Source: Octopus vulgaris
Lineage: Eukaryota
DNA: 64,000 nt
Assembly (NCBI GenBank): GCA_951406725.2
Contig: OX597826.1
Location: 77,128,001-77,192,000, forward strand
Reading direction: 5' to 3'
A model generated the notes under the pieces. That model searched no databases. It saw nothing but the letters and a program-made list of their open reading frames with translations, and had not been told where the DNA came from. The position numbers and the translations under genes were made by a program. Positions 30,106 to 43,071 of the stretch are shown piece by piece. How positions within the stretch are numbered: position 1 is the first letter of the stretch; each line of letters begins with the position of its first letter.

Positions 30106-30890
30106 CTACAAGGGATTATGCAAGAACATACGGATATGTAGTTCACGTCGCAATCGCGGTGGTCGAGATAAGCCGCCGCCCTCTGTGGCATCTTTTACTA
30201 AATCCTTGTGAATGAGACCGGACAAGCGGAAACTCCACGGAAGCCCACCATTTGCTGGAAAGCGTTTGTTCTTTAATGATGGGAGACTTCATCCACCATC
30301 ATGACCACCACCATCACAACCACTGGCTGGTTCTGGATGACTTCGGCGAAGTACTGCTGTACGCTTTTGGACGAGGTTTCTGCTTTCAGAATAAAGGTCA
30401 TAGACTCTACACTTAGTCCTCTGCTATAAACGTGAAAAAAAAAAAAAACAAGCTAATAAATATACGAATAAATAAATAAATAAATAAACATGGCTACCCA
30501 CTGACATATTTGTATAGTAAAAGAGAATTCACTCTAAGCGAAGATCTTCTCAATTTCATACCACTGTAAGATAGAGAAAGTTAAAACGGAAATAGGTGAA
30601 AAGAAATGGCCACTTATTCGTCAGCCACTGTTGGATAATAATAACAAGTCAATTATGGAAAAAGAAAAATGAAAAACGGTTTGAGGTGAAAAACGGGAAA
30701 AATAGTAAAATAAAAAAAAAATAAATAAATAAACCCTAATCCGGTTTAGGTCCCCTTGCGTGCCTTTATCTTGCTGTAATATAGATATTAGCTGTAAAAG
30801 ATCGTCGACAAATGAACCGATAACACATCTCAGCTCGTTCACGTTTGATTCCGCCGAAGAATATATAGAGAGAGAGGAATCTAGAGAGAA

Positions 30891-30929
<39 letters not shown>

Positions 30930-31029
30930 AAGAGAGAGAGAGGGAGAAAGAGAGAAAGAGTTAGTATTTTTGTATGTAGTTATACATCTATGTATCTATG
31001 TATGCATGCACATGCGCAGAGATATATGC

Positions 31030-31090
<61 letters not shown>

Positions 31091-31189
31091 TATGTATATA
31101 TACATATACCTGCATATAAATACATATGTATACGCATATATTTCTGTACCTGTACATGTATGATGTATGTATGTATGTATGTATGTATG

Positions 31190-31240
<51 letters not shown>

Positions 31241-31784
31241 ATATACATATATATATATATATACAATATATATGATACATACATACGAGCGCACACATGT
31301 GTGTGTGTGTATTTCAGTGTGTGTGTTTGTGTGGCCTTTTAACAAAATGTTAAGATAGTTGCGAAAGAGGTATTTAAAATGGGTTGAAGAAGAAGAAGAA
31401 GAAGAAGAAGAAGAAGAAGAAGAAGAAGAAGAAGAAGAAGAAGAAAAGGGAGGAGGAGGAAGAGGAGGTGCGGAGATGATTATGATGAAGAAATTTTAGC
31501 GTCGGTCATAATAATAATAATAATAATAATAATTTGGAACCATTTTCTTATATATATATTGTTTCTGTTGTTCTAATTTCAGTTGCTTTTGACCGTTGTT
31601 GTTGTTGTTGTTGTTGTTGTTGTTGCTGTTGAGGCTGGTGAGTGTTGTTGTTGTAGCTTATTTCCTTATTTTATCGCTATAACGCGATATTAGTTTAAGC
31701 TCACTGAATGCTAAAACGGAAATATGAAAAATTTTCTCTCCATCACGTTTGAAATACTTCAGACACTGCCTCTTACACACACAT

Positions 31785-31823
<39 letters not shown>

Positions 31824-31928
31824 CATACACACACACACACTATGCCCCTGAAACATACCCATACATGCACAAATTCACATATTCTCATACACATTTACAC
31901 ACATGTAAAAAATAACACTGATACTGCT

Positions 31929-31992
<64 letters not shown>

Positions 31993-32269
31993 GTGGTGGT
32001 GTTTTTTCTCTTAACCACAAGGGTCGATACAAGGATCGTGGACGGTGCAAGACGACTCAATGTGGAATTACATGCAGGACATGTAAAGAGAAATGGCATA
32101 AAAGCTAAATAAATAAATAAATATAAATTCCCCCAAATTGGGGACACGTCCGTGGGGTACCCAACAAAAGTAGTAGTCACCCTGACCACTAAAGTCCCTT
32201 CCTTAACTGTCCTTTTCCAATCTAGATGTTCATGTTCAGAGCAAGACCATGCATTCAGACCTTGGGAAA

Positions 32270-32556
32270 GGAAGTAAAGGCAAAGTTAACTTTCCGAGTC
32301 ATCACGACTCATAACTTTCCGAGTCATCACGACTCATAAGAGCCTGTTTCCTTGTTTCAGTGGCATATATGTTCTCCACCTGGACGGGACGCCGGCCCTT
32401 TGCAGGGTTACTCATTTTTGCCAGCTGAATGGACTGGAGAAACGTGAAACGAAGTGTTTTGATCAAGAGCACTACGCGTCACCCGATCCAGGAATCGAAA
32501 CCACAATCTTACGATCATGAGTCCGACACCGTAACCACTAAGCCAGGCGTCTCCAC
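32270..32556 (-). mobile_element. SINE family C, with a 25 bp internal tandem duplication near the tail
   Basis: Reverse strand: cctggcttagtggtta...ggtttcgattcctgga...gtgctcttgatcaaaacacttcgtttcacgtttctccagt; taactttccgagtcatcacgactca x2 at ~32288-32337. Confidence 0.8.
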
Positions 32557-32851
32557 ATTCAGACCTTGCTGCTACTCTCATCCGCTTTTCAGCAAATTTG
32601 TAAGGAAGCAACACTTCTCTCGCTACCCTCACTTTCTTTTATAAGAGTGACTTAAAAAATTTGTTGGTCAACGAGGGAGGTATACGTCTTTAACCTTTTA
32701 AATCTCGTCAGCTCCAAAACCTCTTTGGCCAAAAGTGATGATGAGAATATAAACCCTGATAAGCTAGCGACTTATCCCGATTAATAACAACCGTCGGCCC
32801 TCTGTTTCGGTGCAGCCACTTCATACACGGTGCCCAGTGCTCATCGTAAAA

Positions 32852-33080
32852 TTGGTTTCAAATATTGGCACAAGGCCAGCAATTTCGAGGTGGGGCTGGG
32901 TGAGGGTGAAGCTGATTACATCGACCCCAGTGTTTAACTGGTTCATGTTTTGTCGACTCCGAAAAGATCAAAGGCAAAGCCGACCCGGGTGGCATTTGAA
33001 CTCACACTGCAAAGACGGACGAAATGCCACTAAGCTTTTTTTTTTGTCCACGTCCTTACCGGTTCTGCCAGTTCGCCACC
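32852..33080 (-). mobile_element. SINE family A, diverged
   Basis: Reverse strand: ggtggcgaactggcagaaccg...gagttcaaatgcc...actggggtcgatgtaatc...ggccttgtgccaatatttgaaaccaat. Confidence 0.8.
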
Positions 33081-33169
33081 TTCGTTCCCATTGTCACACT
33101 GATGAGTGTACATGTGTGTATGTGTACGTGTGGCTAACATTTGTATCTATGAGTGTGTGTGTGTGTGTT

Positions 33170-33200
<31 letters not shown>

Positions 33201-33625
33201 GTGTCTGTGTGTTTGTGTGTTTGTATGTGTGTACGTGTGTGTTTTAAAATTCGTGCTGAGATTTTAAGTACTGTTCGACAACTCATATCCTGTATTGAGT
33301 CCTCTATTCAGCAAACGCTCTGTTATTCCAAACCTCGCTTTAAAAGGATAATTTTAACATTTGTATGCGTGTATACATACACACACACTTATATGTATGT
33401 GTGTTCATATACATACATACATACATACATACATACAACACACACACACATATATATATATATATATGCTTGTCGAATTTTGTATACGCCTGGTTTACGA
33501 ATACATGCGTGAACAAGAGGTAAGGCTTGTGTGTTTGTACAAGTGTGTAAGTATATACGGGTGTAGACGTGTATGTTTGTGACCCTTAATGTATGTATGT
33601 TTGCTTGTTCTGTGTCACATGCGCG

Positions 33626-33670
<45 letters not shown>

Positions 33671-33681
33671 GAGAGAAGGAG

Positions 33682-33712
<31 letters not shown>

Positions 33713-33971
33713 GACAGTGTGTGCAATTCACGTGCAGCAGACAGAGTTCCAGCCGGGAATTATTACAAACGACATCTTTAGCTTTCAGGGATATTGTAGA
33801 TGGCGCCTTCGAATGACTTACAATTGGGGCCTTAAATTATTCATAATTCTCGCCACTTAGAGGCTTTCCTTTATGTCCCTTCTCCTCCTCCTCCTCCTCC
33901 TCCTCCTCCTCTTCGAACGTCTGCCCGTCTCAAATACCTTTCTCGTACCAATAGCGAACGCCTGTCTATCC

Positions 33972-34028
<57 letters not shown>

Positions 34029-34476
34029 GGAAGGAAATAGAGAGTGAGAGAAAGAGAGGCAGTGTTTATAAATATTTTGAAATAAATATATGCAAGCAAA
34101 CAATTTAATATACTAGAAAACAACGTAGATTTTGCAGATATTTAATATTTAATAAAATATCTAATAAATTCTCTTGAAATTAGGCGCAAGATTTCGCATC
34201 AGCGAAATAAGGGTAACGCGATTTCCAAGTCCGGAGATCCAAACAGGAGGAAACTATCCTTAATCGAAAATAAATAGAAACGAAATTACAGTTCACGAAT
34301 TATCAACAATAGATAACTGTTAATAACAAACATTTAAAGCGCTCGAATTTTAAGAGGAAAGGCTTATAACTATTCTAATCCAGTTTATGATTGATGTAGA
34401 GTATTCATAGCCGAACAAGTTCAAAAAACTTCGTAGGAAATAGATCTACTGAGATATGTATGAACGCAGTTATAAT

Positions 34477-34669
34477 CTTTTACTTGTTTCAGTCATTTGA
34501 CTGCGGCCATGCTGGAGCACCGCCTTTACTCGAAGAAATGGACCCCACGACTTATTCTTTGTAAGCTTAGTTCTATAGATTTCTTGTGCCGAACTGCTAG
34601 GTTACGAGGACGTAAACACACTAACATCGGTTGTAAAGCAATGGTGGGGGAACAAACACAGACACACAA

Positions 34670-34702
<33 letters not shown>

Positions 34703-34865
34703 CGACGGGCTTCTTTCAGTTTTCCTCTACCATATCCACTCACAAGGTTTTGGTCAGACCGAGGATATAGCAGAAGATAGTTGCCCAAAATGCCACGCAG
34801 TGGGACTGAACCCGGAACCATGTGGTTGGGAAGCAAGCTTCTTACCACACAGTTACGCCTGCGCA
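34477..34865 (-). mobile_element. SINE family B (tRNA head + CORE-like + internal microsatellite)
   Basis: Reverse complement of the 56260-56665 type, from gcgcaggcgtaactgtgtggtaag to gcatggccgcagtcaaatgactgaaacaagtaaaag. Confidence 0.9.
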
Positions 34866-34894
34866 AAACACAATCTACATTACTTATTATTATT

Positions 34895-35060
34895 TACTGC
34901 TAGTTTTAGCGGCATATCGTCCGTTTTTTCCTTCTGAGTTCAAATGCCGGAGAGGTCGACTTTGCCATGCATCTTTTTGGGGTCGATAATATAAATAGGA
35001 AGACTGGAATCGACTTAACCATTCCCCCAATGACCTTGTGCCAAAATTTGAAACCTTTAT
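34895..35060 (+). mobile_element. SINE family A, partial
   Basis: ttctgagttcaaatgccggagaggtcgactttgcc...ggggtcgataa...ccttgtgccaaaatttgaaacc. Confidence 0.75.
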
Positions 35061-36553
35061 TAAGTGCCAGCAAAGGCACAGTATTTTGCTTTGCAACCAT
35101 GATACACTACAAAGAATATTAATGGTTTACATGTCAACATTGTGCCTTACTTTTTGTGTTAGCAGTGCGACATTCTCGTTTTTAAGTTTAATCTCTACAG
35201 AAGTTCCATAGAATTCAGACGTAGCACTGAAAGTTAGGCCGTTTCGTAACCGAATACGTCTAAGTAAACAATGCCATTAAACAAAACATCTAATATCTTT
35301 CAACAATGACCTGATATGACTGCGATCTCTAATGCTGAAACCGAACGAAAAACAGTGATAACATAAACCGAAATACGTTTAATCAAAGAAATATACAAAC
35401 GAATAGTGTCGTCCTGGATTCTCTCAAATAACTGTAAATCATTAATATTTCTAACTTGCTCAACTTCTTTGGGGAAAAGGTTGCAATTGCTAAATATCGT
35501 TAAATATACTAATTCTATTCCGTAGTCCATTCAATGATGCTAGTTCCTGATATACTTATCCTCTGTAAAGAGCACCCAGTATTACAAATGAATAACGAAG
35601 AATTCGTAGATACCAGAGTCACTCAAAAATGTTTGTCTCTATACATTTAAATATACTAATACACCCTCTCAACTACAATGTATTTTGTGACAGCGGATTT
35701 AAAAACTGTCTCACCGATATTCTTCCTGATGAGCTAAGTGAAACATTGCACCAAATATTTAGAGAGTTTCTTAGATATTCTGCTTCATATAAAGAAATAT
35801 ATGTCATGTTGTTTCACAGTGTGTCTAAAATGTATATACATGCCCACATCTGTTGTCTACCAAACGGCCACAATTCGTCCAAGATATTGAGATATTTTAA
35901 TTAAATATTTATGAATCGAATAGTTGCAATATTGATTATATCATGAGATAGAAATAGAATATATGTGTGCGTATGTAATGTATGTATGCATATATAGTAT
36001 ACATACATATTTTTATGGGCGGTGTTTGTGTGTGTCTGTACGTATGCGTAAGCATGTACGCTTATATGTTTCGGAACACATCGCTCCGTATAGCCTTTCT
36101 AGTAGTCACGGTTTGCTCAATATTCTTAAATAGAGTCACAATAATGTAATCTCCATAACTTCTACTGCATACACCCGAGATACACTAGGAAATATGGATG
36201 TTAAATTCAAAATAAATGCAATTATATACATTCGTATATCGAATTGTAAAGAATTGTGAAAATATATATGCATTGGTTGCATTCTGTACTCTTGGTTAGA
36301 AGTCTCACTGACTCGAGACCGATTCTTATTTCAAAGAGAGGTGTGGAGGAAAATTTTTATATCATATATTGTTCAGATTGAACCATTATCACCAACCAAA
36401 ATGGACAGAAAATAACGTACCAGATGCAGAATTATGCCCGGTAACACAACCAGTGTGTTTCTATCTGATGACTATTTCTTGGACAGGTGTAATAGACTTA
36501 CAGTGAAAATGACAATTCATTCGTACGCAAATACCAGAGTTAAAGTAATATGC

Positions 36554-36714
36554 TTTATTTAAAAGCAGCAAAAATATCACAAAAACTGCTACTCAGAGTT
36601 TTACGATCCCGTTCGTCGGAATGGCTTGTAGGAATTCTTATAAACTGTCCGACGAACGGGAATGTGAAACTCTGAGTAGCAGTTTTTGTGATATTGCTGC
36701 TGCTTTTAAATAAA
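36554..36714. repeat. 67 bp inverted repeat (27 nt spacer) made of two hammerhead-bearing H2 fragments
   Basis: Arms 36554-36620 and 36648-36714 are reverse complements with few mismatches. Confidence 0.9.
36642..36685 (+). ncRNA. Type-I hammerhead-ribozyme-like motif (family H2)
   Basis: aaactgt-CCGACGA-ACG(ggaa)TGT-GAAA-CTC(t)GAG-TA-gcagttt. Stems I, II and III all pair; the core differs from CUGANGA only by U4>C. Confidence 0.7.
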
Positions 36715-36720
36715 TATACT

Positions 36721-37110
36721 GGCGTAGTAGGTAAGTAACGTGCTTACCAGCCATATGGCTCCGAGTTCAGTCCCACTGCGTGGCACCTTGGGCAAGTGTC
36801 TTCTACTAGAGCCTCGGGCCGACCAAAGCCGTGTGAGTAGATTTGGTAGACGGAAACTGAAAAAAGCCCGTCGTATATATGTATATACATATGTGTGTGT
36901 GTATGTTTGTGTGTCTGTGTTTGTCCTCCTCCAACATCGTTTCACAACCGATGCTGGTGTGTTTACGTCCCCGTAACTTAGCGGTTCAGCAAAAAAGACC
37001 GATAGAATAAGCACTAGGCTTACAAAGAATAAGTCCTGGGGGTCGATTTGCTCGATTAAAGGCCGTGCTCTAGCATGGCCACAGTCAAATGACTGAAACA
37101 AGTAAAAGAG
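36721..37110 (+). mobile_element. SINE family B, near full length
   Basis: gagttcagtcccactgcgtggcaccttgggcaagtgtcttctact...gcatggccacagtcaaatgactgaaacaagtaaaagag. Confidence 0.9.
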
Positions 37111-37943
37111 TCAAAGAGCATATATATATATATATATATATATATTTCAATGCCAATTTTCTGTAACATCTCACACTTTATCGTTTTTGTTTTTCCTTCG
37201 TTAATCCTGTTTTCCGTTTGCCTTTCTTTTATAACTACGACTTGTGAAATATTCATCATTTATTGTGTGTTTTGTCGTTAAATACATTTTTGTTACCAAT
37301 TGAACAAATTATTTCATTATGTTTCGTCACGCCGTTGATGACATCCATAAGGGATTTAAACGTATATAATAAACAAACCTGATAAGTAGAAAGTTGCGTA
37401 GGCGAAGCGTGAATTCTTTCAAATGCTAATAAAGAATTTAACGATAACAAGTATTCAAAAAATAGCACAATTAAAAGACTTCGTTAACAAGAACAAATTC
37501 TCTAGAAAATAAAAGCGCTAAATGCAGTTTGGGAAACTGAACCCCAAAGATCTTTTAGACAGGTATCCTGCTACCGGGATCAAAGGTACTAATATTCCGA
37601 AAGCATTCTAGATATAACTATTTGAATGTAAAAGGCAAAACAAAGGCGGAAAACATCACAATTGCACTAATAAGGAAGGATAAGTATAGCTGACAGAATA
37701 GACGGTGATTGGGTGCATTCGTTTTTTCTTTGAGCATCGGACTAATTACTTGCGGTGTTTAGCTATTTATAATATATATGTTAATTGACATTAGCTAACA
37801 ATTGATTATATCGGTTGGGTTTACTGACTGAGTTCCCCCCACCCGTATGTGGATCCAAATCTTTCTACATGTGTGTATGTATATGTATAAATGTGTGTGT
37901 ATGTGTGTGTGAGTGAGTGCATATATATTATATACATATATAT

Positions 37944-38143
37944 AGGGAGAGTTTACGAAAAAGACGAAGACGAGTGGTGGAGAAATCAAAGAGATGTATT
38001 AGTATAACGCTTAGGAATAGAAAAAGTCTTTTACGTTTCGAGCCTACGCTCTTCTACAGAAAGGGACACAGAAAAAACAAGGAGAGAAAAAAGGAGAGAA
38101 GAAAAAAGGAGAGAAAAAATGTGTGTAGTGGCTAACGATCTAT
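37944..38143 (-). mobile_element. Hammerhead-bearing repeat family H1, copy 2
   Basis: Reverse strand: cttt-CTGTAGAA-GAGC(gtag)GCTC-GAAA-CG-TA-aaag (38028-38063). Colinear with 54610-54810 from gatcgttagcc to ttcgtaaac..tccc; abuts (TA)n. Confidence 0.75.
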
Positions 38144-38170
38144 CATAGCGACTCATGTAAATATAAATAT

Positions 38171-38285
38171 TTTTACAAGAATAAAGTTGACAGTGACTTC
38201 GAAGCTTCAGCTTTCATCTGCAGTCTGATGAATACTAACATACGCAAACTTCGAAGACACTGTCAGTAACACTATTCTTGTAAAA
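38171..38285. repeat. Imperfect palindrome of two degenerate hammerhead-like H3 fragments
   Basis: ttttacaagaata..tgacagtgacttcgaag / cttcgaagacactgtca..tattcttgtaaaa. Plus strand: cagt-CTGATGA-...-GcAAA-CTTCGAAG-aC-actg. Minus strand: CAGATGA-aagct-GAAG-CTTCGAAG-TC-actgtca. Confidence 0.65.
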
Positions 38286-39434
38286 GAACATACACGCATA
38301 CATACACACATATACACACATACATACATACACACATGCATACATACATACATACATACATACATACATACATACATACATACATACATACATACACACA
38401 TGCATACATACATACATACATATATACATACATAGACACATAAATACATACACACATACACATATACATACATATACATGTGTGTATATGTATGTATATA
38501 TGTATATATATACATATATACATACGCACACACATACATACACCCATATATATTGGATCATGCTGCCTGATTACCAACCTTCTAAAACAGGAGAATGAAG
38601 TTTAGGACGTTTTTTGTAAGGAGACGCTTTACTATCGACGCCCAACTTTCCAGTCAATCTATTACTGAATGTTCAAGTTAAATGCTCGCTGACACCCTAA
38701 ACTGATCGATTGATTACTTTAAATGTCAGCCTGTAAATTTAAGCTTCCTGGATATAGGGCCTCAATGAAGCAAACAGTTTTTTTTTTGTTCCAGAATTAA
38801 GGACCAGCAGATCTAGTCTTTCGCTTTATTTAAAGAAGTCTAATCAACAACAGGAAGAAATGTCTCAATGAAACAGGAATCGCTTGGAGGAATTCTTATG
38901 AACGCGAATAATGAAAATATCGAAATTTTCGCTGTCGTTTGATGAATGACAAACATGCTCATTGAATTTCCCCTTATCGAACCTGTTGAATGATGTACTT
39001 TCATTTATATTAGAAAGAGTGAAGGGGTGTTAAAACGCCCCACTCTTAGACAAAGTTCATGTCACATTTTCAAATTTGGAAACATTTCTTTACGAAGCCA
39101 TTCGAACCTGCTTGGAAAAAAACGATTTCATCCTTTGGGACAAAACGCAATTTTAATCTAAGTTGCATACATATGAATTTGCCAAATTAATGGTTCATTA
39201 TTTTTCTCAATAGAGGGACCTCCCCTTAGGTTGTTATTCATATGTACTCGCAATTTGCCCCTAATCCTAAAAAGATCCTCACCTCGTGTTAGATTTTCTG
39301 TTCAACTGAAGACCGACGTTGTAAGCGTCAAATAAGTGGATGAACGAGATTTCGCTGATCTTGTTCCTGAATGATCTAAATATGCCATCAATTCGTTCAC
39401 TGAATAATTCAAAGTAGATTGGGGTTACCGGTAC

Positions 39435-39850
39435 AGTCCATCGTTACTTGAAGGTCACCTATATTGATGTCTGCTATATGACATCATTTATATAAACCAT
39501 CGTGTCAGCGGATCATTGCTGAAGATCATCGTTATACAATATCAGCCGATATACAAGATCATCAATAGAGATTACAGGTGATTTTTATTGCACCTTAATG
39601 TTGATCATTTATATTGGCCATTATTATACAGGGTAATCAGTATAGGCCATTCCTATAAAAGGACATTGATCCAGGTCATCAGTATGGGGTAATGACTATA
39701 TATATATACCATCATTGCAGGAAGTTATCTATATGGATCATCGACAGAGAATATTGGTAGAAGAGTTCAGCTGTATAAATAATCAACGAAGAAATCATTT
39801 ATGTCGAGTATGGATGCAGGGCATCTGTCTAGAATGCCATTATTAAAGGA
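39435..39850. repeat. Cryptic, heavily decayed minisatellite (~14/29 bp period)
   Basis: Recurrent (g/t)catcN6-8 / ccatt / ggtcatc words at roughly regular short spacing; period estimated by eye. Confidence 0.45.
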
Positions 39851-39854
39851 GGTC

Positions 39855-40069
39855 AAGGCGGTGAGCCGACAGAATCGTTAGCGCGCTGGGACAAATGGTT
39901 AACGGTCTTTCACCCATCGCTACGTTCTGAGTTCAAACTCTGCCGAGGTCGATTTTGCCTTTCATCTTTTTGCGGTCGATAAAGTAAGTACCAGTTGCAT
40001 ACTAGGGTCGAGCTAATCGACTGGCCCCCTCCCCCAAAATTTCAGGCGTTGCGCCTGTCGTAGAAAGGG
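39855..40069 (+). mobile_element. SINE family A, tail 1, with 16 bp TSD
   Basis: attattaaaggaggtc at 39839-39854 and 40070-40085. Confidence 0.92.
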
Positions 40070-40088
40070 ATTATTAAAGGAGGTCTTA

Positions 40089-40285
40089 AGCTGGCGAGAT
40101 GGCAGAACCGTCAGCACGCCGAGCAGAATGCATAGCGGTATTTCGTCCGTCTTCACGTTCTGAGTTCAAATTCAACTGAAATCGATTTTGCCTTTCATCA
40201 TTTAGGGGTCGATGAAATAAGTATCAGTCAAGAATTGGGCGTCGATGTAAGTTCAGGCCTTGTGGCCAAAGAAGAGAGGATTATT
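40089..40285 (+). mobile_element. SINE family A, second tandem copy
   Basis: ggcgagatggcagaaccgtcagcacgccg...gagttcaaattc...ggggtcgat...ttcaggccttgtgg. Confidence 0.85.
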
Positions 40286-40560
40286 ATTGGAGGTATTCAA
40301 TAGAAACCACCTTTACAGAGGAATTCAGAAAAACTGACACAGCTCGGTGAAGCCTTCTCTGCGTCCACTGGTTACAACTTGAATGTTATTCCCAGGTCAA
40401 GGTTGGATCGATCGAGAAGGTATCTGTCTTTGTCTTTACTCGCAACTAAACGGACATTTTACATTAAACCGCGACAGATAAAAATTACGTTCAATTAATT
40501 ACATGATTAGTTAAGTAGGGGCATCAAAACGACACAAATACACACACACACATGTACAGA

Positions 40561-40605
<45 letters not shown>

Positions 40606-41106
40606 TATGAACACATGAATATGCATATGTGTATGTACGTGTGTGTCATACAGTCACACTTCTAAACGCACATATGTGTAGATAAACATGGCCATAAATA
40701 CGCCTACATGTGCATTTCTTGTGTATATGAGTGTGTGTATGTGGATGTTACATCTTGTCCATCTTAAACCTAATTACCAAGATACAATTCACTAATTTTA
40801 ATGCTAATTTACTCTCAGAATTCTTCAGCTTTCAGTATTGTTCGGTCAGTGTTGCGGTGCTAATATATATCTTTCTTTAATCCATGTCTCACTAAGATAA
40901 TGAGCAGACTAGTGTTGATAGTCAATCTCTCGATCAACATTTGCAGGATTAACTGGATTAACATTCGACTTTCTTAATCACTATTGAAATATTGCCTTAT
41001 TTGATTAAAATTTTGTCATCTTCCAATTTTATCACTTACTAGCTTGCGGCTAAAACGTCAACACTTACCTTTCTCTTTCGCCTCATCTCTCTCTCTCTCT
41101 CTCACT

Positions 41107-41178
<72 letters not shown>

Positions 41179-41793
41179 CACACAAACACATGCGCGCACG
41201 AACACAGATACATACACACATATATAAAAGGCAAAAGCCCACAACCTTAGTTAGAATCTTCAACGCTGTTCTTACTGACCTTATCCAGCAACTCGCCTAC
41301 GAACCAATTCTTATCTACACAGACCTTTCTCACCAGCTCTCTTGGAATTCGAGTTCTTCCGCTAGAAATAGCAACTGAATCGCACATAAATCATATCTCA
41401 CCAACATAAAAAAAGAGGCAGACATTGGGTCATGTGGTCCTGAGTTTCTTACACATAAAAAAAAGACGCTATTGTTATGAATGGAACGGCTTTGAATATA
41501 GGACAACGCGACAGGGGCTGGCCTTTACCTTAACAACAACAACGACAACAAACAACCGTCCTGAAGTCTTCATCTCATAATGTAAAGCATCAGAGCTAAA
41601 TCCTAAAAGGAATTTCCAAATTTGCTGTTAATTAAGGCCTCGTATGTATGTATGTATGTATGTATGTATTATATTTATCTTTTTTCTTTAATGACATTTA
41701 TTGAACTCCGTTTAATGAATGAATTCTTATAATGATCATTTGCTTATATATATGCATGTATGTGTGTGTATGTGTATATGTGTGTGTGTGTAT

Positions 41794-41831
<38 letters not shown>

Positions 41832-41981
41832 GTATGTATGTATGTGTGTATGTATATAACAGGCTTATTTCATTTTCCGTCAACCAAATCTACTCACAAG
41901 GATTTGGTTGGCTCGAGGCTATCGTAGAAGACAATGCTGATGTTGATAGTTGCAATGGAGAAGGAGGTGAATACGTAAAAT

Positions 41982-42348
41982 CAGTAATTCTCAATGGGGG
42001 TTCCACAAAAGACTTTGAAGGGATCCATACAGGCAAAACGGTAAATTGAGGACCCACCAGAGTATATTAAGGGGTCAACGAGAAAATTTTAACTTATATG
42101 TACTCATTGCAAGAAACAGTTGAATTTCTTTCCCTGACGATTTCGTTCAACATATTTCTGGCCCCTAATGCCTGTCCTCTCAGAAAGGTCCTTCGCAAAC
42201 CTCCAGAAGTAAAATGGTGGAAAATAAAATAGGAATTTTGAAATTGGAAACTAGTTTTTAAACATGGAATGTCTGTGGTGGGGATCTGCCAGATTAGAAT
42301 AGTAGTCAATGGGGCCCATAGATAAAAAAAAATGGCTGAGGGCCTCTG
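41982..42348. mobile_element. Decayed hAT/Charlie-like MITE
   Basis: Ends cagtaattctcaa... and ...cccatagataaaaaaaaatggctgagggcctctg resemble the 61339-61851 element. No TSD visible. Confidence 0.5.
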
Positions 42349-42544
42349 ATGTAGGGAATTGAGAGGATGACATCGACTATAATGATGATGGGTTTGTTTG
42401 CGGTAGTGGTGGTGGAGGGTTAGGAAAATGAAAGTGCTTGTGAAGAGTTATCCGAACGCAGAATGCCATTTAAACGTTAAACCAATGAAGATGATGATGA
42501 TGGAGAGGGAGGGGGTGATTGTTATAGTGGTGGTGGTGATGAAC

Positions 42545-42740
42545 TTTCACTCCGTCGGTTACGACGATCAGTGTTCCAGTTGACCCAATTACTTGAACAG
42601 CTTGCTCGTTAAATTAACGTGCAAGGGGGTTGAGTGAACTGGAGCAACGTGAAATAAATTATGCTGCTCAAGGCTACCACGCGCCGCTGAGAATCGAACT
42701 CACAGCCTTACGATCGCGAGCGAAATGCCCTTTCCTCTAA
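42545..42740 (-). mobile_element. SINE family C-like, diverged
   Basis: Reverse strand: cgatcgtaaggctgtgagttcgattctc...ccttgagcagcataatttatttcacgttgctccagttcactc. Confidence 0.7.
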
Positions 42741-42841
42741 ACTACTAGTCTTTTCGGCAATGGCGATGACGATTAAGAAGAACATGGAGACTACGTACAC
42801 ACAGCAGTACATTGCTGAGGATAATAAAGATAGCGATGTTG

Positions 42842-43071
42842 ATAAGGCGGCGATCTGGCAGAAACGTTAGCACGCCGGGCGAAGTGCGTATTTCGTCTGC
42901 CGCTACGTTCTGAGTTCAAATTCCGCCGAGGTCGACTTTGCCTTTCCTCCTTTTGGGGTCGATAAATTAAGTACCAGTTACGCACTGGGGTCGATATAAT
43001 CGACTTAATCCATTTGTCTGTCCTTGTTTGTCCTCTCTGTGTTTAGCCCCATGTAGGTAGTAAAGAAATAG
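42842..43071 (+). mobile_element. SINE family A, full length, tail type 2, with 20 bp TSD
   Basis: taataaagatagcgatgttg at 42822-42841 and 43072-43091; A and B boxes intact. Confidence 0.95.

Noticed and set aside
35726-35750. CTGATGA-GCTAAGT-GAAA-CATTG-CA
   Set aside because: Core words present but U16.1 is absent and there is no stem I; could be chance.
38800-38900. Possible mariner transposase C-terminal trace (RSL..N...LEEFL)
   Set aside because: Too degenerate; no YSPDLAP motif or TIR.
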